A DNA stretch of 64,000 nucleotides from Obrimoposthia wandeli (Eukaryota): contig CDROCS010000555.1 in assembly GCA_977020255.1 (NCBI GenBank), forward strand, positions 620,001 to 684,000, read 5' to 3'. Both the position numbers and the translations under genes were made by a program. Positions 11,451-23,650 of this stretch are shown in pieces; position 1 is the stretch's first letter, and every line of letters starts with the position of its first letter. The notes below the pieces were generated by a model. It searched no databases. It saw only the letters and a program-made list of their open reading frames with translations, and was not told the origin of the DNA.

Positions 11451-12494
11451 AGTCTATGTATATGGTTTTACCTAGTAACGGATGCCCGAAGACTCAGTCG
11501 GGTAATGACGCTAGTAGCTTTATTATCGATTGGGAAAATCCTATAAATCTCCAAGGATAATGGGAAGCGGCTTTAACAGAATTTTCCTTTTATTATTCTC
11601 CAATTACTATCAGAAAAAACTCACATATTTCGTTTACAAAAGAAAATAATATTGAAAAAACAAAATGAAATTGTGATTAGGTTTGATAGTAAATGAAAAT
11701 TCTTTTACAATTGTATAGATAAAAAAGTGAAAGTAATATATGAAAATAACAAAGTCAGATTTAAAAATGGATTAAAATTTATTCAATTTATTCAAATTAC
11801 ATTTGAATCTGAAAAAGAAACTCTTTGATTGTAAACAAACAGTAGCTCGTAATAGACGGGATATAGTCTCATCTAAATCGGTTAGAAATGTTCCTGGTAG
11901 AGTATCAAGAGTGTTGTTATTTGAAACGAGAGTAAAGGATGTTGTGGAACTGAAAAAGATTTTAAAAGATTATAAAATAGACAGTGAAGTGAATTTATGT
12001 AAATTTATACAGAAGAAATTTAGTGAATATTTGAATAGTGAACATTAAAAAATGGTAAATTGACGTTAACAGTAAAGAACAATGTAAAACGGGTTTCATT
12101 TGATGATAAACTCGCTAAAAACCTCGGTTTAAACAGAAATACCTTTAAAACCCGTACAATAAAAACCATTAAAGCTAAAAATAATGCAACAATTTTAAAT
12201 ACTATAAATCATTTATATATTTATACTAATTTAATAGATCCAACGCTTGTAGGAAGACTACGAGTTCTACTTTTGAGAAAAATATGGATATCTCAAAGTC
12301 AAATCAAAGTTGGGGACGTTATCGGTATTCGTATAGATAAACTAATGTATCTTCCAGTTGTTCTCTATTCTATAAACAATATTGAAGTAAATATTAAAGA
12401 TAATTCCGGACAACTAATAGATTTCACGTACGGAGTCAAGATAAGTTTAACAATACATTTAAGAAAACAAAATGACGAATCCAGCAATAATTGA
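11447..12494 (+). pseudogene. minor capsid (penton) protein (copy A)
   Basis: MVLPSN...WENPI...WEAALTEF N-terminus; LYIYTNLI...VG...LLR...YLPV...IEVNIKD.SG C-terminus. Confidence 0.85.
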
Positions 12495-12849
12495 AGCTTA
12501 TAGTCAAATCCAACAAGGTGGAGAATTACAATATTTTGTTGGTAAACAATATGGATTCGGCTGGCTTAGAACATTAAGTAGATTTGTCTGTCTTCTTTTG
12601 AAGAGACTCGGGTGATTTGTATCAAATTTATGAAAGGAAATACCTTTCATCTAAGGATAATAAATAAATTCCAAATTTTTAGAAGCATGCACTCAATGAA
12701 CTTAATAATGTTTTACCTGACGTTGCTAATTTCATTAGAAAAGGTTATTCAAATGAAAGCCAAGAAAGTAGTGGATTTAAACGTAAAAAGAAGCAAAAAT
12801 TAATATAAACAAACGTAAGAAAGTTGAAGGAACAATATTTGCAAAATGA
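12472..12849 (+). pseudogene. conserved Maverick ORF preceding MCP (Q-x-G-x-G motifs, amphipathic helix), copy A
   Basis: QQGGELQYFVGKQYGFGWLRTL...INKRKKVEGTIF; homologous to 57425-57807. Confidence 0.75.
12804..12812 (+). promoter_or_regulatory. TATAAACAA motif upstream of MCP (A)
   Basis: 42 nt before ATG 12846, same spacing as in B. Confidence 0.75.
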
Positions 12850-14047
12850 GTTGAGCCAAAACCGAATTGTGTATTTTTGATAAACCTCTTCCGCAATTTG
12901 TTGTAGATAATGCTTCCTTTGAAGCAATATTTCTAGTTAACTCAATTTCAGGAACCACTTTAACCGATTAAGAATTTAATATTAATGGTTCCAATAGTGA
13001 GTATTTAGATTTGAATGATACTTTGCTTTATGTTCAAATAAAAGTATTAAAACGAGATGTAACACCTGTTAATTATCTATTTAATTCTTTATTTGGTGAT
13101 GCCATTATTACTCTTAATAATGTCAAAAATTGAAGGTGGAAATTCTTCCTATGCTCATAAAGCTTTGGTTGAAAGTCTATTGAATTATAGCACTGATACT
13201 CAAAATTCTAATTTGGCAATCATTGGTTATGATAAAAAGGCTGCAACTCGCAAAGAATGGATTTCAGAATCTGAAGCTTACGAAATGTTTGGGTCTATGA
13301 GATTGAACTTCTTTGAACAACCAAAATATTTTATTCCCGGTGTTAATGTACATCTTCATTTGAAAAGTAATAAATGGAATTTTTCTTTGATAAGCACGGA
13401 CATTCTAAAACCTAGACTTGATATTTTGGATACAAAATTGTATGTTCGAAGAGTTAAAACCGAGCAATCAGTTTTAATGGCACATAATATAGGAATGGGA
13501 AAAAACAATGCTTGTTATCCTATTAGAGAAACTAAACTTATAACATACTCTTTGGGAACGGGTACGCAACCTTTTGATAAGGATCAAAATTTTGGTGATG
13601 AAAGATTAACGAAATTCGTTTTAATTTCATTTCAATATACTGCAAAGTTTCTAGGAAATTATTCGACAGATGTAACTCAATTTGACAATCTTAATGTAGG
13701 TTCAGTGACACTTTCAAGAAATACTGATTATCGCGAAACATATAAAACAGATTTTGAAGGTAACGCTTATGCTTTGGCTTATACGCAATATATTATTTGG
13801 AATTTGGGTCAACGATAAAAATATAAACAATGGTATTTCTTTCACTGAGTTTAAAAGCAGCTGTCCATTCTTCGCATTTGTTGTGGCACCTGACTTTGAT
13901 ATAAACCAATGCCAACTACCAAAGGATGGAAATTTACGACTAGAAATTAAGTTCAATGCAGCTTTAACACATCCTACAACGGTGCTTATTTACGGAGTAT
14001 TTGATTTGGAAATACAAATCAATTAAAGCAGAACTGTCATATTATAA
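12846..14047 (+). pseudogene. double jelly-roll major capsid protein (copy A)
   Basis: KTELCIFD...EYLDLNDTLLY...YAHKALVESLLNY...GNLRLEIKF...TVLIYG; several stops and frameshifts. Confidence 0.9.
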
Positions 14048-14048
14048 A

Positions 14049-14428
14049 ATGAAGAATGACATTTTTAAATTTATATTTATTATTTTTAATTTAGTTCAGT
14101 ACAAGTACAAGAATCAGCAGAGAAGGTCTTGGGTGATAAATTAAATGGAGTTTATCCTATTGATATGATTCCATTTTTTCAATCTGGAGGATACATTATC
14201 AATACTCATAATTCAAATTTACCAGGAGAACATTGTATAGCTATTTATGTTAGATAGTGGACAATACATGTATTTGATCCACTTGCAACGTATTATCCAC
14301 ACAAGCTTGTTTCTACTATTCAAAAAGGATGAAGAAGAGTATTTTACAACAAGAAACATTACCCGGATCCAGCAACAACAAACTGTGGACATTTATGTAT
14401 TTTATGGTTATCGTTGCAAAACGAATAA
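14049..14428 (+). pseudogene. adenain-like cysteine protease
   Basis: GVYPID...YIINT...PGEHCIAI...VFD...CGHLC (His/Asp/Cys catalytic motifs); two stops; possible 41-nt intron 14054-14094. Confidence 0.88.
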
Positions 14429-14660
14429 TGAGTTCTAATAATATATATATTTTTAAAAACATGTTTTATTTTTTAATACCCTACAAGATTAAAATATAAG
14501 GGTAAGATAATAAAAGACATAAGACAAAATTATTTTAATACATTTATTCAGCAAAATATCACATGGAGATCTGTCAGCAAAGATAAGGCCCAACCTAAAA
14601 AAGTATCGAAATAACAAAAAGTTAGAGTCATGGTGCCATTGAGATTTAAAATTTTAAAAA

Positions 14661-16688
14661 TTAAACAAAACAAATCAAAAATGATAAATAAATTCGGAAG
14701 TGTCCATAAGCCAGACTAGCGTTCTTTTCTACCCAAAAGCGCTTGTCGTCATTACTACTCAATGCGATTTTTGTTGACTTGTGGGAATACAGTTGGTGGG
14801 CTCTTGAAATAAATCTAGTTTGCTCAATGCTTTCAATACACCCAGTATCATAAACTTTCCGGTAAGCCTCATGTGTAAGATTGCTTTTCCCACACACTTT
14901 GCTCTCATTGAACATGTATTATTATATGCATGTAAGCTGTAGCATTTAGAGTGTAGGAAAATACAATCATCATACAAAACCTGTCTCTCGCTTTCATCCT
15001 TAAATTTCCCTATAATATCCTCTAAACTGATAGAGTGTAGAGAATGGTTAACGGGATATGTATGGGTATCACAGAAGTGATCCCTAAACATTGCCAGTAA
15101 TAATTGATTATCTAAACTAACATGCTTACATTCTAAAAAGAAAGAATCAGTGTCCCTAGCTGCGATTTTGATCTCACAATTGAATTCTTGGCGATATTTA
15201 TCTAATTCTGTATATTGAAGCTCGTACATTCTGAGTTTGGAAATGTCTAAAATCGTTTGACCAATATAATACGGTCGATCGAGACAAATACTCTGTTTTC
15301 CTAATAACACTGCTACCAAGTCATCTGCAATTGTAAAACTACGCTTGAAGTTGTACTTGATAGTATATGTTATTAGTTTACGCTCATTATTGCAAAACCG
15401 TAGACAAATACGCTGCAGTTTTTCCAAAGGGACTATTACGTTTATACTGGTAAAAATCTCGATAAAATTAGATAGGGGCCAAATTATGTTTTCTAGATTT
15501 CTTTTCAATATAGTCTTTAAACACATAGTTTTGACTAAAGCTTATAGCACGATGAATTCGAGTGATTGTCGCTCCCAACTTTAAGTAAAATGGAAGAAGT
15601 CGCCAATCCATTACATAGTTCAACTACTCTTATTGTGTTAACAACATTTTTTTAACCTTTGAATTAGGTCGACATTGATGAACAGGTGCTACTGTAAGAT
15701 CATCTAATTTATCATGCACATTGGGAGGGATTGTTAAGTCAACCTCAATTAAATAGCCGACGTCTGATGAAACTGTATCAACAGTAGTCAAATCTGTCAT
15801 CAACCTATTCAACTCTTCCTCATAATAAATCCACTTAAAGTTGGCATGTGGTAGATGTTGAGTAAGCCCCCACCCATACACATTATTAATGTCGGTGTAC
15901 AGAATCTCCATGGATTGATTTTTGACAACAAGATGTTTGTTGAAAAAAGTCATTCCACCGCGTATACAATAATCCTACATATGATACATCGCGGGATCTT
16001 GCAGTAATTCAATATTAATATAAAGAGTTTTTATTGCCGTTGCCCACGAAAGACCAGGTAAACTAAAGAACTGCATAGGATCTAGCCTATCTTCTGCTAA
16101 AGATTTTACACGAAAGGACTCAAACACATCAGCTAAAAGATAAATGTCTAACTTCATATATAAAAGCATATAATCTAGAAGATTTTGAAAATTATTCTCC
16201 CATAATGTACGAGCCTTATTATAGTCTTGAAGACTTACACCCTCAAATTCGGTTATGGGGAGATTTCTGTAATATTTTGTAAATCTGCGAAGGTTTTCGC
16301 AAATTTATATGAAAAATTCCCCTTATCATTAACCACACAAATAACATGATATACTAGAATTATCTATAGGCATGTTATATAGCGTCTTGTCATCAGGATT
16401 CAGTGTACATAATGTCAAATGTTTGCTGTAAGAGAGTTCGTATCGGAATACATGCAAATATCTATGACATCACTTACACCTTATCCTAACAGTTTAGGCT
16501 CTATTATCTAAATTTAGAAAGTGATCTAAATTGAGAATTGCAGCATAGTGGAATTTCTTATTATGTTTGAGCAAAATTAAGTCCCCTAATTTTTACTCCT
16601 TAAAATTACATCTACAAAAAAAAATTTAAATGTCTTTATCTATTACATTAGCTGGGATATTAGTAATATATTTGTCTCATGCATTTTC
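14661..16688 (-). pseudogene. protein-primed family B DNA polymerase (pPolB)
   Basis: DIYLLADVFE, IRGG, LYTDINNVYG, NSPFGKT, RDTDS, GKFKDE, DDKR...LAYGH motifs; fragmented; 5' limit approximate. Confidence 0.93.
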
Positions 16689-16775
16689 CTGATTAAAAAT
16701 AAAAAATTAAATAAAACATATGACATATTTAATTACAATTTCAAAAAATCATCAGAAAAATCGTAATAAAAAAAC

Positions 16776-16997
16776 CTGATCTAGGCAATCCAACTGTTGG
16801 AAGCTAGTTGGAAGTATTTTTCATTGACAGCATCCATTCAGCTGTCGTCAGTTAACTCAACGAAATTGGATTCCTCGATGTCCTCCAACCAGCTGTTGTC
16901 GCTCTACTGAGGCTGCTCCAACTCGAAATCTGACAGGGTGATATTTTCCATCCAGTCATTTTTTTTAAAGTCGTATACTTTTTTCGATCCAATTCAT
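16776..16997 (-). pseudogene. acidic Trp-repeat segment of element A (unknown product)
   Basis: NWIEK...NDWMENI...NSWLEDI...DS*MDAV...NSWIA; needs one frameshift in a poly-A run. Confidence 0.4.
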
Positions 16998-17059
16998 CTA
17001 AAACATAAAAAAATTCAATATCAAAAATAGATTTAATTGTATCGAAAATACGTATTTCA

Positions 17060-17286
17060 CAAAAAACATTATGTCATTATATCCATTTTAATAAATGAAA
17101 ATAATTAATGAGCTATAAATTAGTAAATATTTTCTTATAATCTAAACTCCTAAACGGGATATCTACATGAAAATATGAAATGTAAAGGATGAAAAACTTC
17201 ACTATATCCATAATACATAAATCTTTTATAATATAATTTCTATTTTTATTAATTAAAGCCTCAAAGTCTATGATATATTCTTGCAT
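17060..17286 (-). pseudogene. DEDD-like exonuclease-family accessory ORF of element A
   Basis: MQEYIIDFEA...YIIKDLCI...L.NY.HLLKW pattern as in Maverick-associated exonuclease-like ORFs (recognised by eye). Confidence 0.55.
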
Positions 17287-17313
17287 AATTACCCAAATAT
17301 TTAGCAAATCCCT

Positions 17314-17322
17314 TTGTTTATA
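17314..17322 (-). promoter_or_regulatory. TATAAACAA motif upstream of DEDD-like ORF (A)
   Basis: 36 nt before ATG 17286. Confidence 0.7.
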
Positions 17323-17379
17323 ACGAATAAAAATTAAAAAAACATTAATCAAAATATATTAAAATATCAAAGTACTCCA

Positions 17380-18354
17380 GATTCATTTTTTTCGTTAAGA
17401 TTGGTACATATTTTCAATTCTCCTATGAATATTAAAATAAATTATATTAAATGTAAACCTACCTAAATATTTTGAAAGTCCTGCTGCCTTCGCGAATCTG
17501 GAAGCATTGCCGGTTGCAGGGTCTCCAGTTCCGCCAGCAATTCGTCCAATCCAGCTTCATCCCAGGCCCTCTTCAAGTTCTGGCTGGTAGATGCTGTTGG
17601 CAGAGGAGAAGCAGTTTCCAAGCTCTGGCCAAATTGTGGCTGATGCTTAACGGACCTGGTGCCATCGAAGTCTCCTGCAGGCGTCGTTGACTGGGAGGCG
17701 GATTAATCTCGATCGGAGATACTGGTATCCTCTTCTATAAAATTGGCCCGTCGTCCACGGGAGATGTGATAATCTCCTGTCGGCCAATCACCGCCTCAGA
17801 AGAATTGAGCTTTGCGGTACTACATTTTCTGTAGCGCTTCGTCTTCCGCACAGCTGCTCGCTTCATTTGTCTCTGTGGGAAAGGATAAATTTCCCCCACT
17901 TCTCTCCTGTTAATTGTATTGGTTCCTGCAGAAAACATCAATAAAATTTAAACATTTAAATTATTTACCTCAATAACATACAGGTTTGCCTGTTTCTCCA
18001 ACTTAACCTTCTTCCGGTGGACTGTTTGGGTTTTGACCCGATGTCTTCGGGGATTTCTAACCACCACATGCTTCCTATCCACGGGTAGTTTGAGAGTTGA
18101 CTCCTCCATAACTTCCTCCATCAAGTCGGCTTCCTATGTGAATAATTAAAATTATTATCTAATTTAAAATAATTTACCTTGATATTATCCAGAGTCGTTA
18201 TGTATTGATGCTTACTCTTTGGCTCCTCCTGACTGCATTGACTCGCCAAGTACTGCGGTTCTATCAGCCTCTCCACCGTGGTCACTGACGGTGTCAAATT
18301 GAGTTGAAGTTTCTGAAAATGAAATTAAAAAACATGTGAAATAAATTAACGCAC
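17380..18354 (-). pseudogene. multi-exon low-complexity orphan gene with four 40-44 nt introns
   Basis: GT-AG introns at 18354-18313, 18177-18134, 17968-17926 and 17462-17423; spliced frame open across the 18177 and 17968 introns. Confidence 0.6.
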
Positions 18355-18399
18355 ATTGTCTACATTATTAAATCCAAGCTCTTTCCCGATCTGAACAAT

Positions 18400-19350
18400 A
18401 TTTTCTACAACAGTTTGAACTTTTCCAATACAGTTATCATGTTGCTAACAGTAACTTCACACCATGCTTAATAAATATTTTTAATTGCAATTTTGATAGT
18501 ATAGTTCTTCAAAAATCAGTTAATGGAATGGCATTTTCTCCTGTCGTAACTTTAATTGCTTGAAAAAAGCTTGTCTCAAATAATAAGTCTTGAATGTTGC
18601 GATCACTTCTCGGTCTATCAGCTATAATAACGAAGTTGTGCTCGGCTGTAAAAATACAATTTTAACATTGTAGTTAAAATCCTTAAGAGCAAGTGAATGT
18701 TCTGGTGCGTTATCTAATAAAGAAAGAATTTTAAATTCAATGTCATTTTCTTTGCAATATCGTTCAGTTGCGGGACAAAAGTAATTTGTGAACCAGTCTT
18801 CAAATAAATCTCTCGTAACCTACACCTTTCGATTCGATCGCCAAAATACTGGGAGAGTATTTTTGACATATCCTTTTAGAGCTCATGGATTGTTTGTCCG
18901 GTTAACAAGTATAGGCTTCAATTTAAATTCACCAGATGCATTGCCACCTAACTAGAGTCAGACGAATTTTTGCAATTTTATACCGTGGTTGTGCTTTTTC
19001 TTTTTCAGTTAAATATGTTCGAGTAGGCATTTTCTTCTCAAACAATCCTGTTTCATCCATATTAAATATTTGATGATAACTATAATTACCATCTTCAATA
19101 ATCTTTTTTAATTCATCAGGATATTTTGCGGCTGCTTCTACATCGGCACCAGCACTTTCACCAACAATTCTAACATTTTTAATTTTTGTACGTTCTTCAA
19201 AGCGATTGAACCAACCGCGGCTCGCATTAAAATATTTATCTTCATTTGTAGTCGTAGAGGTCTCCCCTTCATTTTCATTTTGAGTGGTAACTGCACTAAA
19301 AAGACTTCGATTTTTTTCTTGAATAATACATTGACTCAGTGGAATTCTTT
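18400..19350 (-). mobile_element. Tigger/pogo DDE transposase remnant
   Basis: ASRGWFNRF...IFNMDETGLF...VTRDLFEDWF...LLDNAPEH. Confidence 0.85.
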
Positions 19351-22300
19351 ACTGCAGTGTGAAAACTTAATTTGCGTAAAGAAATATTTTTGAAATTAGT
19401 TATGGTTGTTAAAGAGTTTTAGAGTATTGCTGTTTCAAACTAATTGTAACCGTTTTTAGATTTGGTGTTGTAGGAATAAATATTTACTAAAACTTAAACG
19501 CGTAAGGATATTATAATTTTCGTTCTCGTGTCGTCCTACGAATTAAATAAACTCTAATTTGATAGCGACTAACCCACAGTCTAAGGCCGCGACATAATCC
19601 AGTTAGACAGAAACTTGCATATCCGTTATAATAAATGTTTAAAACAGAACATAGTTGCCCAGCTTAATTTTGAACAATTTCTTGGTCTTGGCTTAGAAAT
19701 AAAATCACATTCGACCTAACCGGCTCATTGTTGCAAACCCACGTTACATTACAATAGTTTCTAGGGATAATACCGTTAATTGCACACAGCACATTTACAT
19801 ACTACAAAACACCTCCAGAAACTCTATCAGGTAGGTCAAGTCCATCTTTAAGCCCATTCACTACAGGACTCACGTTGGGGGTCTCTACGAGGATTCTAGT
19901 AAGAAATCCCCAACAATATCGCGTAAATTGTGATAAAAGTACTTAGTGAACGAAAGTCAATATGAAAAAAACACCAATAATAAAAGAGTTTCTGAGTACC
20001 TTGGAAACCCCTCTATCTGTATGCATGTATTTTTTTTAAACAATTCTTTCTGTTACATCAACGACTCTAAATGGATCATTAAAAGTTTAGTCATTTCTGT
20101 AGCCCAGAACATAACACCACATCTTGGGGTCTATACCGACCAGAAACATCTCCATTCTCTTTTAATTCAATCTGGACCATTAATGGTCCATCTACACTAT
20201 CATTTTCCAAAGTGGGCGACTGATTTTTCAAAGAGTCGCGTTAAAAATATTTCGATACTTCAAATAAAATTATTGAACACTACCATGAAAAAGTAATCTT
20301 CAATAATTTTACGAGGCTGTTTTTCAAGTTAGAAATTTGTTTATTATAAAAATATATATAATTTTAAAACTAATTTTTTAAAGGGGGCGCGAAAGTTTTC
20401 CTTTTTTTACTGAGGCGCCTTCTAAAATGTTTTGAGACTGCTGCTCTAGACTCTTCGCTGCTTATAATAAACAAAAATCGATCATCATGTTTTCATTTCC
20501 CAATCTACAAGTTGCTCTATGTTATTCTTAGGCTATGTTATTTAAACTCCTTCAAAAGTAGATAATATTATTGGCTACAGCAATTTTCCTCAAAACAGGC
20601 TATTGTATTCGCTCCCGATATTCATATCTTAAATTCCTCCCTTAGTAACAGCATTCTAAGTATCATTACTTTATGGCTTCTATAAATTCGAAAAGATTCT
20701 TTGATTTTTTAAAATATAAAAACAATATCCATTTATGAACTTGTTAGATTTTTAGTAAGACTTGCTTGGCTTTTACCAACTTCACAATCTGGCTGAATCT
20801 GTGAGGGTGCGGCTGAGATATCGTATTAAACATCCACCTGATTCTTGTACTTGTTCTTCGTAACATTCATTTGGCTGAGTTGTAGGAAACTGCTTCTTTG
20901 TCAGGAAAGGATATATTGTGAAACATTAAATCCAGAATTGATGTATTTCTTTATAATAATTTTTTCTTGTAATGAGACATCGTTTCTCAAAGAGATTAAT
21001 TTATCCAGTTTCTCCAGTTCATTGATACATTTGACACCGAAATTCGAGAATGGATGAGTAACAGTAAGATAATGGCTTATATTTTCTATAATATTACAAT
21101 GTTTCCAAAGATTACATTTTGTTTTTGTCGCCACTGCGAATTCAAAATTCATGGAATAAATATTTTTCATTATAATAGTTAAATTGCTATTTGGAAATTA
21201 AATTTATTATTTTAAAAATCCAAACAAATATTAAAGAAAAATTATGAATGATAAATAATATTTATAATGAATAATTATATAACTATATTTAGTCACGGTG
21301 TAACGAACAAAATTTTGTTCAAACTAGTCAATAAGTTAATAAATAAAGCCATTGGTAAATTTAATTCCCATCCGTAACATGAGTTCCATTAACTATTAAC
21401 GGAATTTATAAGCTAAACAAAAACAAAAAATTAATACATTTATTAACAGCAGAAAACAAATATAATCAATAAAAACAAAACAAAAAACAAATATAACACT
21501 GTTTGAAAGGTTACATAAAATCTGACTTACAAATGACAAATTGACCTATTACTTTCAATCATACAAACATCATAATCATTCTTACACCGCATACAATATG
21601 CTCATAAAATTACTCTTGACATTCATCAAAAATCCACAATTACAAATGAGCGAAAGTAGTAATTGATTTTGTAATAAATTTAATGTGCGCAGAGTTATAT
21701 TATCAGATACACATTTATCTAAGCCGTATCACAATTATCTTTGGCACGCGTGGTCACATGTAGGAATATGACTGCTATCATCTCTGTTGTATGGTGTTAC
21801 ATCCATTAATTCATTAAGTTTTTGTGAGAAAATATAAACTATAATCTAGTATTTTAATTCAATAGAAAAAAAGTACTGACAAAGAAATTATCTACATTCA
21901 GTCGTATTATTTCTCTTTGACATTTTGGCTTAGTTTAATAACTACTATTTGGTTGCTGATATTTTACTCAATTTTGCGCTATTATATTTATCAAAAAAGT
22001 CATCAACGTGAATTTTAAATGACAAAACTAGATGCAAATAAAATAAACTTAAAATAAATTTTATGATTTCATTTCTGATTAAAAATTAATTTATAATGAT
22101 GTTGTTTAAATAAAGTGGAATAATATATTTATTTTATGACTCATATTTGAAGACGAACAAAATGATTAATACATCCAAGCATAAATGTCAACAATTCGGC
22201 TTAATTTTATAGATTTTGAATCAATTTACAATTAATCTCTCTAGAATACATAGCCATTCCGAAAAAATCGTTAAATTACAGAAAGGTTTATGAATATTTG

Positions 22301-22839
22301 GAAGAATATAAAAAATGGAAATGAACCTAACTCTTCAGTATAGATATCATAAGTAGTATTCAATGTAAAATGTCTTAAAATCAAGTTAGCATCAAATACA
22401 TATTTTTTCAGTCGACATTCAAACCCATAAAATGAATTTACAATACAACTGTCTGGAATCTCACATTATGTGTGAGGATATTATAGAATTGTATATCAAA
22501 TATTTGAATCTAAAGAATTTTTAAATATAATAACAGTTATAAATATTAGATAAACCTTTTCCTGGAATTGTGAATTTATTTTTGAACATTTTTCAAACCT
22601 AAATTTAATTGTTAATATATCGATATTAATATGAATTAATGTTCAAATTTTAACGTATTTGGTAATCATTTTGAATAACTAATTTAATTAATTAATATAT
22701 TGATTTCTAGATATTTAAATTCATTTTTTGTCTGTTCTGAAGCTTACAGTTAATTTGGTATTGTAAAATTTATTCACTGAATGTCGACCGGTTTAACATG
22801 TAGGTAGGGAAGCAGACAAACGTATGTACAGGCGGGCAG

Positions 22840-23202
22840 TCACTGTGAGTCGACAGAAGAAGGTTGCAGACTGAGATAGGCCACGACCTGGCTGAAGCTT
22901 GGTCGCTGGACGAGATGCCGATGCCAACAGTCTCTGATGAGCTCCGTCAGGGCAGGAACGCCTATCGGCAACGGTGTTATACCGTATTCAAACGTGACAC
23001 CACTCGGCAATAGAGACTGCGGCTCCGACTGCAGTAGCAAACTGGCGTTGTGCAAAAACCACTCTGAGCTGAAGCTGGGTCTCGCCATAGGCTGCTGGGT
23101 CGGCTGTACGGTGGTCTCGTAGGGCAAGCGTTCGCAGAAACTCAGGATCTCCCACATTGTCACGCCGAATGACCAGACATCAGTCTTGGAGCTGTAAATT
23201 CC
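22840..23202 (-). CDS. DDR-like RTK terminal exon g (subdomains IX-XI, stop)
   Basis: GIYSSKTDVWSFGVTMWEILSFCERLPY...DCWHRHLVQRPSFSQVVAYL; acceptor cttcag; TGA at 22842-22840. Confidence 0.9.
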   Translation of the reverse strand, partial: GIYSSKTDVWSFGVTMWEILSFCERLPYETTVQPTQQPMARPSFSSEWFLHNASLLLQSEPQSLLPSGVTFEYGITPLPIGVPALTELIRDCWHRHLVQRPSFSQVVAYLSLQPSSVDSQ

Positions 23203-23469
23203 CTGAAGTAGAGTGCATTTCATTACGGCTTTTACAAATGATATGATTATTTTCATCAATATTAACATGTATAAGTTAATTTTTACATGTTTTAATTTGA
23301 AAGATTATGACCTTGATGTCTGCATGTCGAAGCCAAAAGACACTGTTAGACAACAGTAGCGGTTCTGACGTGCAATTTAATCATCAGTCCAACATAAAGG
23401 AGCAGAAGACTAATCGAACAACTTAGTATCTGGTTCCATTCGATGATTCTATTCGGAAAGCTCGCAGTT

Positions 23470-23650
23470 TGATTAGTAATTTCGGAGAAGTTCTAGTGAG
23501 TTTCGACATGCTGACCAATTAAACCATGGAATTCAAAGTCAAGGAAGACATTAAAGTTATCACAACGGATTCTGAAAGATTCAAATTTACAGTTAATATT
23601 TGTGTGATTGCATAAGGGTAAAAAATGCCTTGAATTGTTATTCTCAGAAG
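23470..23650 (+). mobile_element. pogo-like transposase fragment
   Basis: decayed FDM..N.T.E.K....I.VITT.SE...FTV...IA.G.KMP. Confidence 0.55.

Larger units (their letters stand above)
8300..18360 (+). mobile_element. Polinton/Maverick (adintovirus-like) element A, near-complete gene set, decayed; termini not identified
   Basis: TBP-like, ATPase, integrase, penton, MCP and adenain protease on +; pPolB and accessory genes on -; many stops and frameshifts. Confidence 0.92.

Noticed and set aside
12371-13830. TATAAACAA copies at 12371 and 13822 as promoters
   Set aside because: They lie 101 and 227 nt from the next ATG, outside the 28-45 nt window, and are not matched in B; may be chance.
8363-16688. 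Stop-codon reassignment or programmed frameshifting to explain broken element genes
   Set aside because: TAA, TAG and TGA all occur with scattered indels at positions not shared between A and B; ordinary decay fits better.
7330-20000. Terminal inverted repeats and 6-bp TSD for element A
   Set aside because: No convincing AGTAGT/ACTACT pair or long inverted repeat found by eye; boundaries left approximate.
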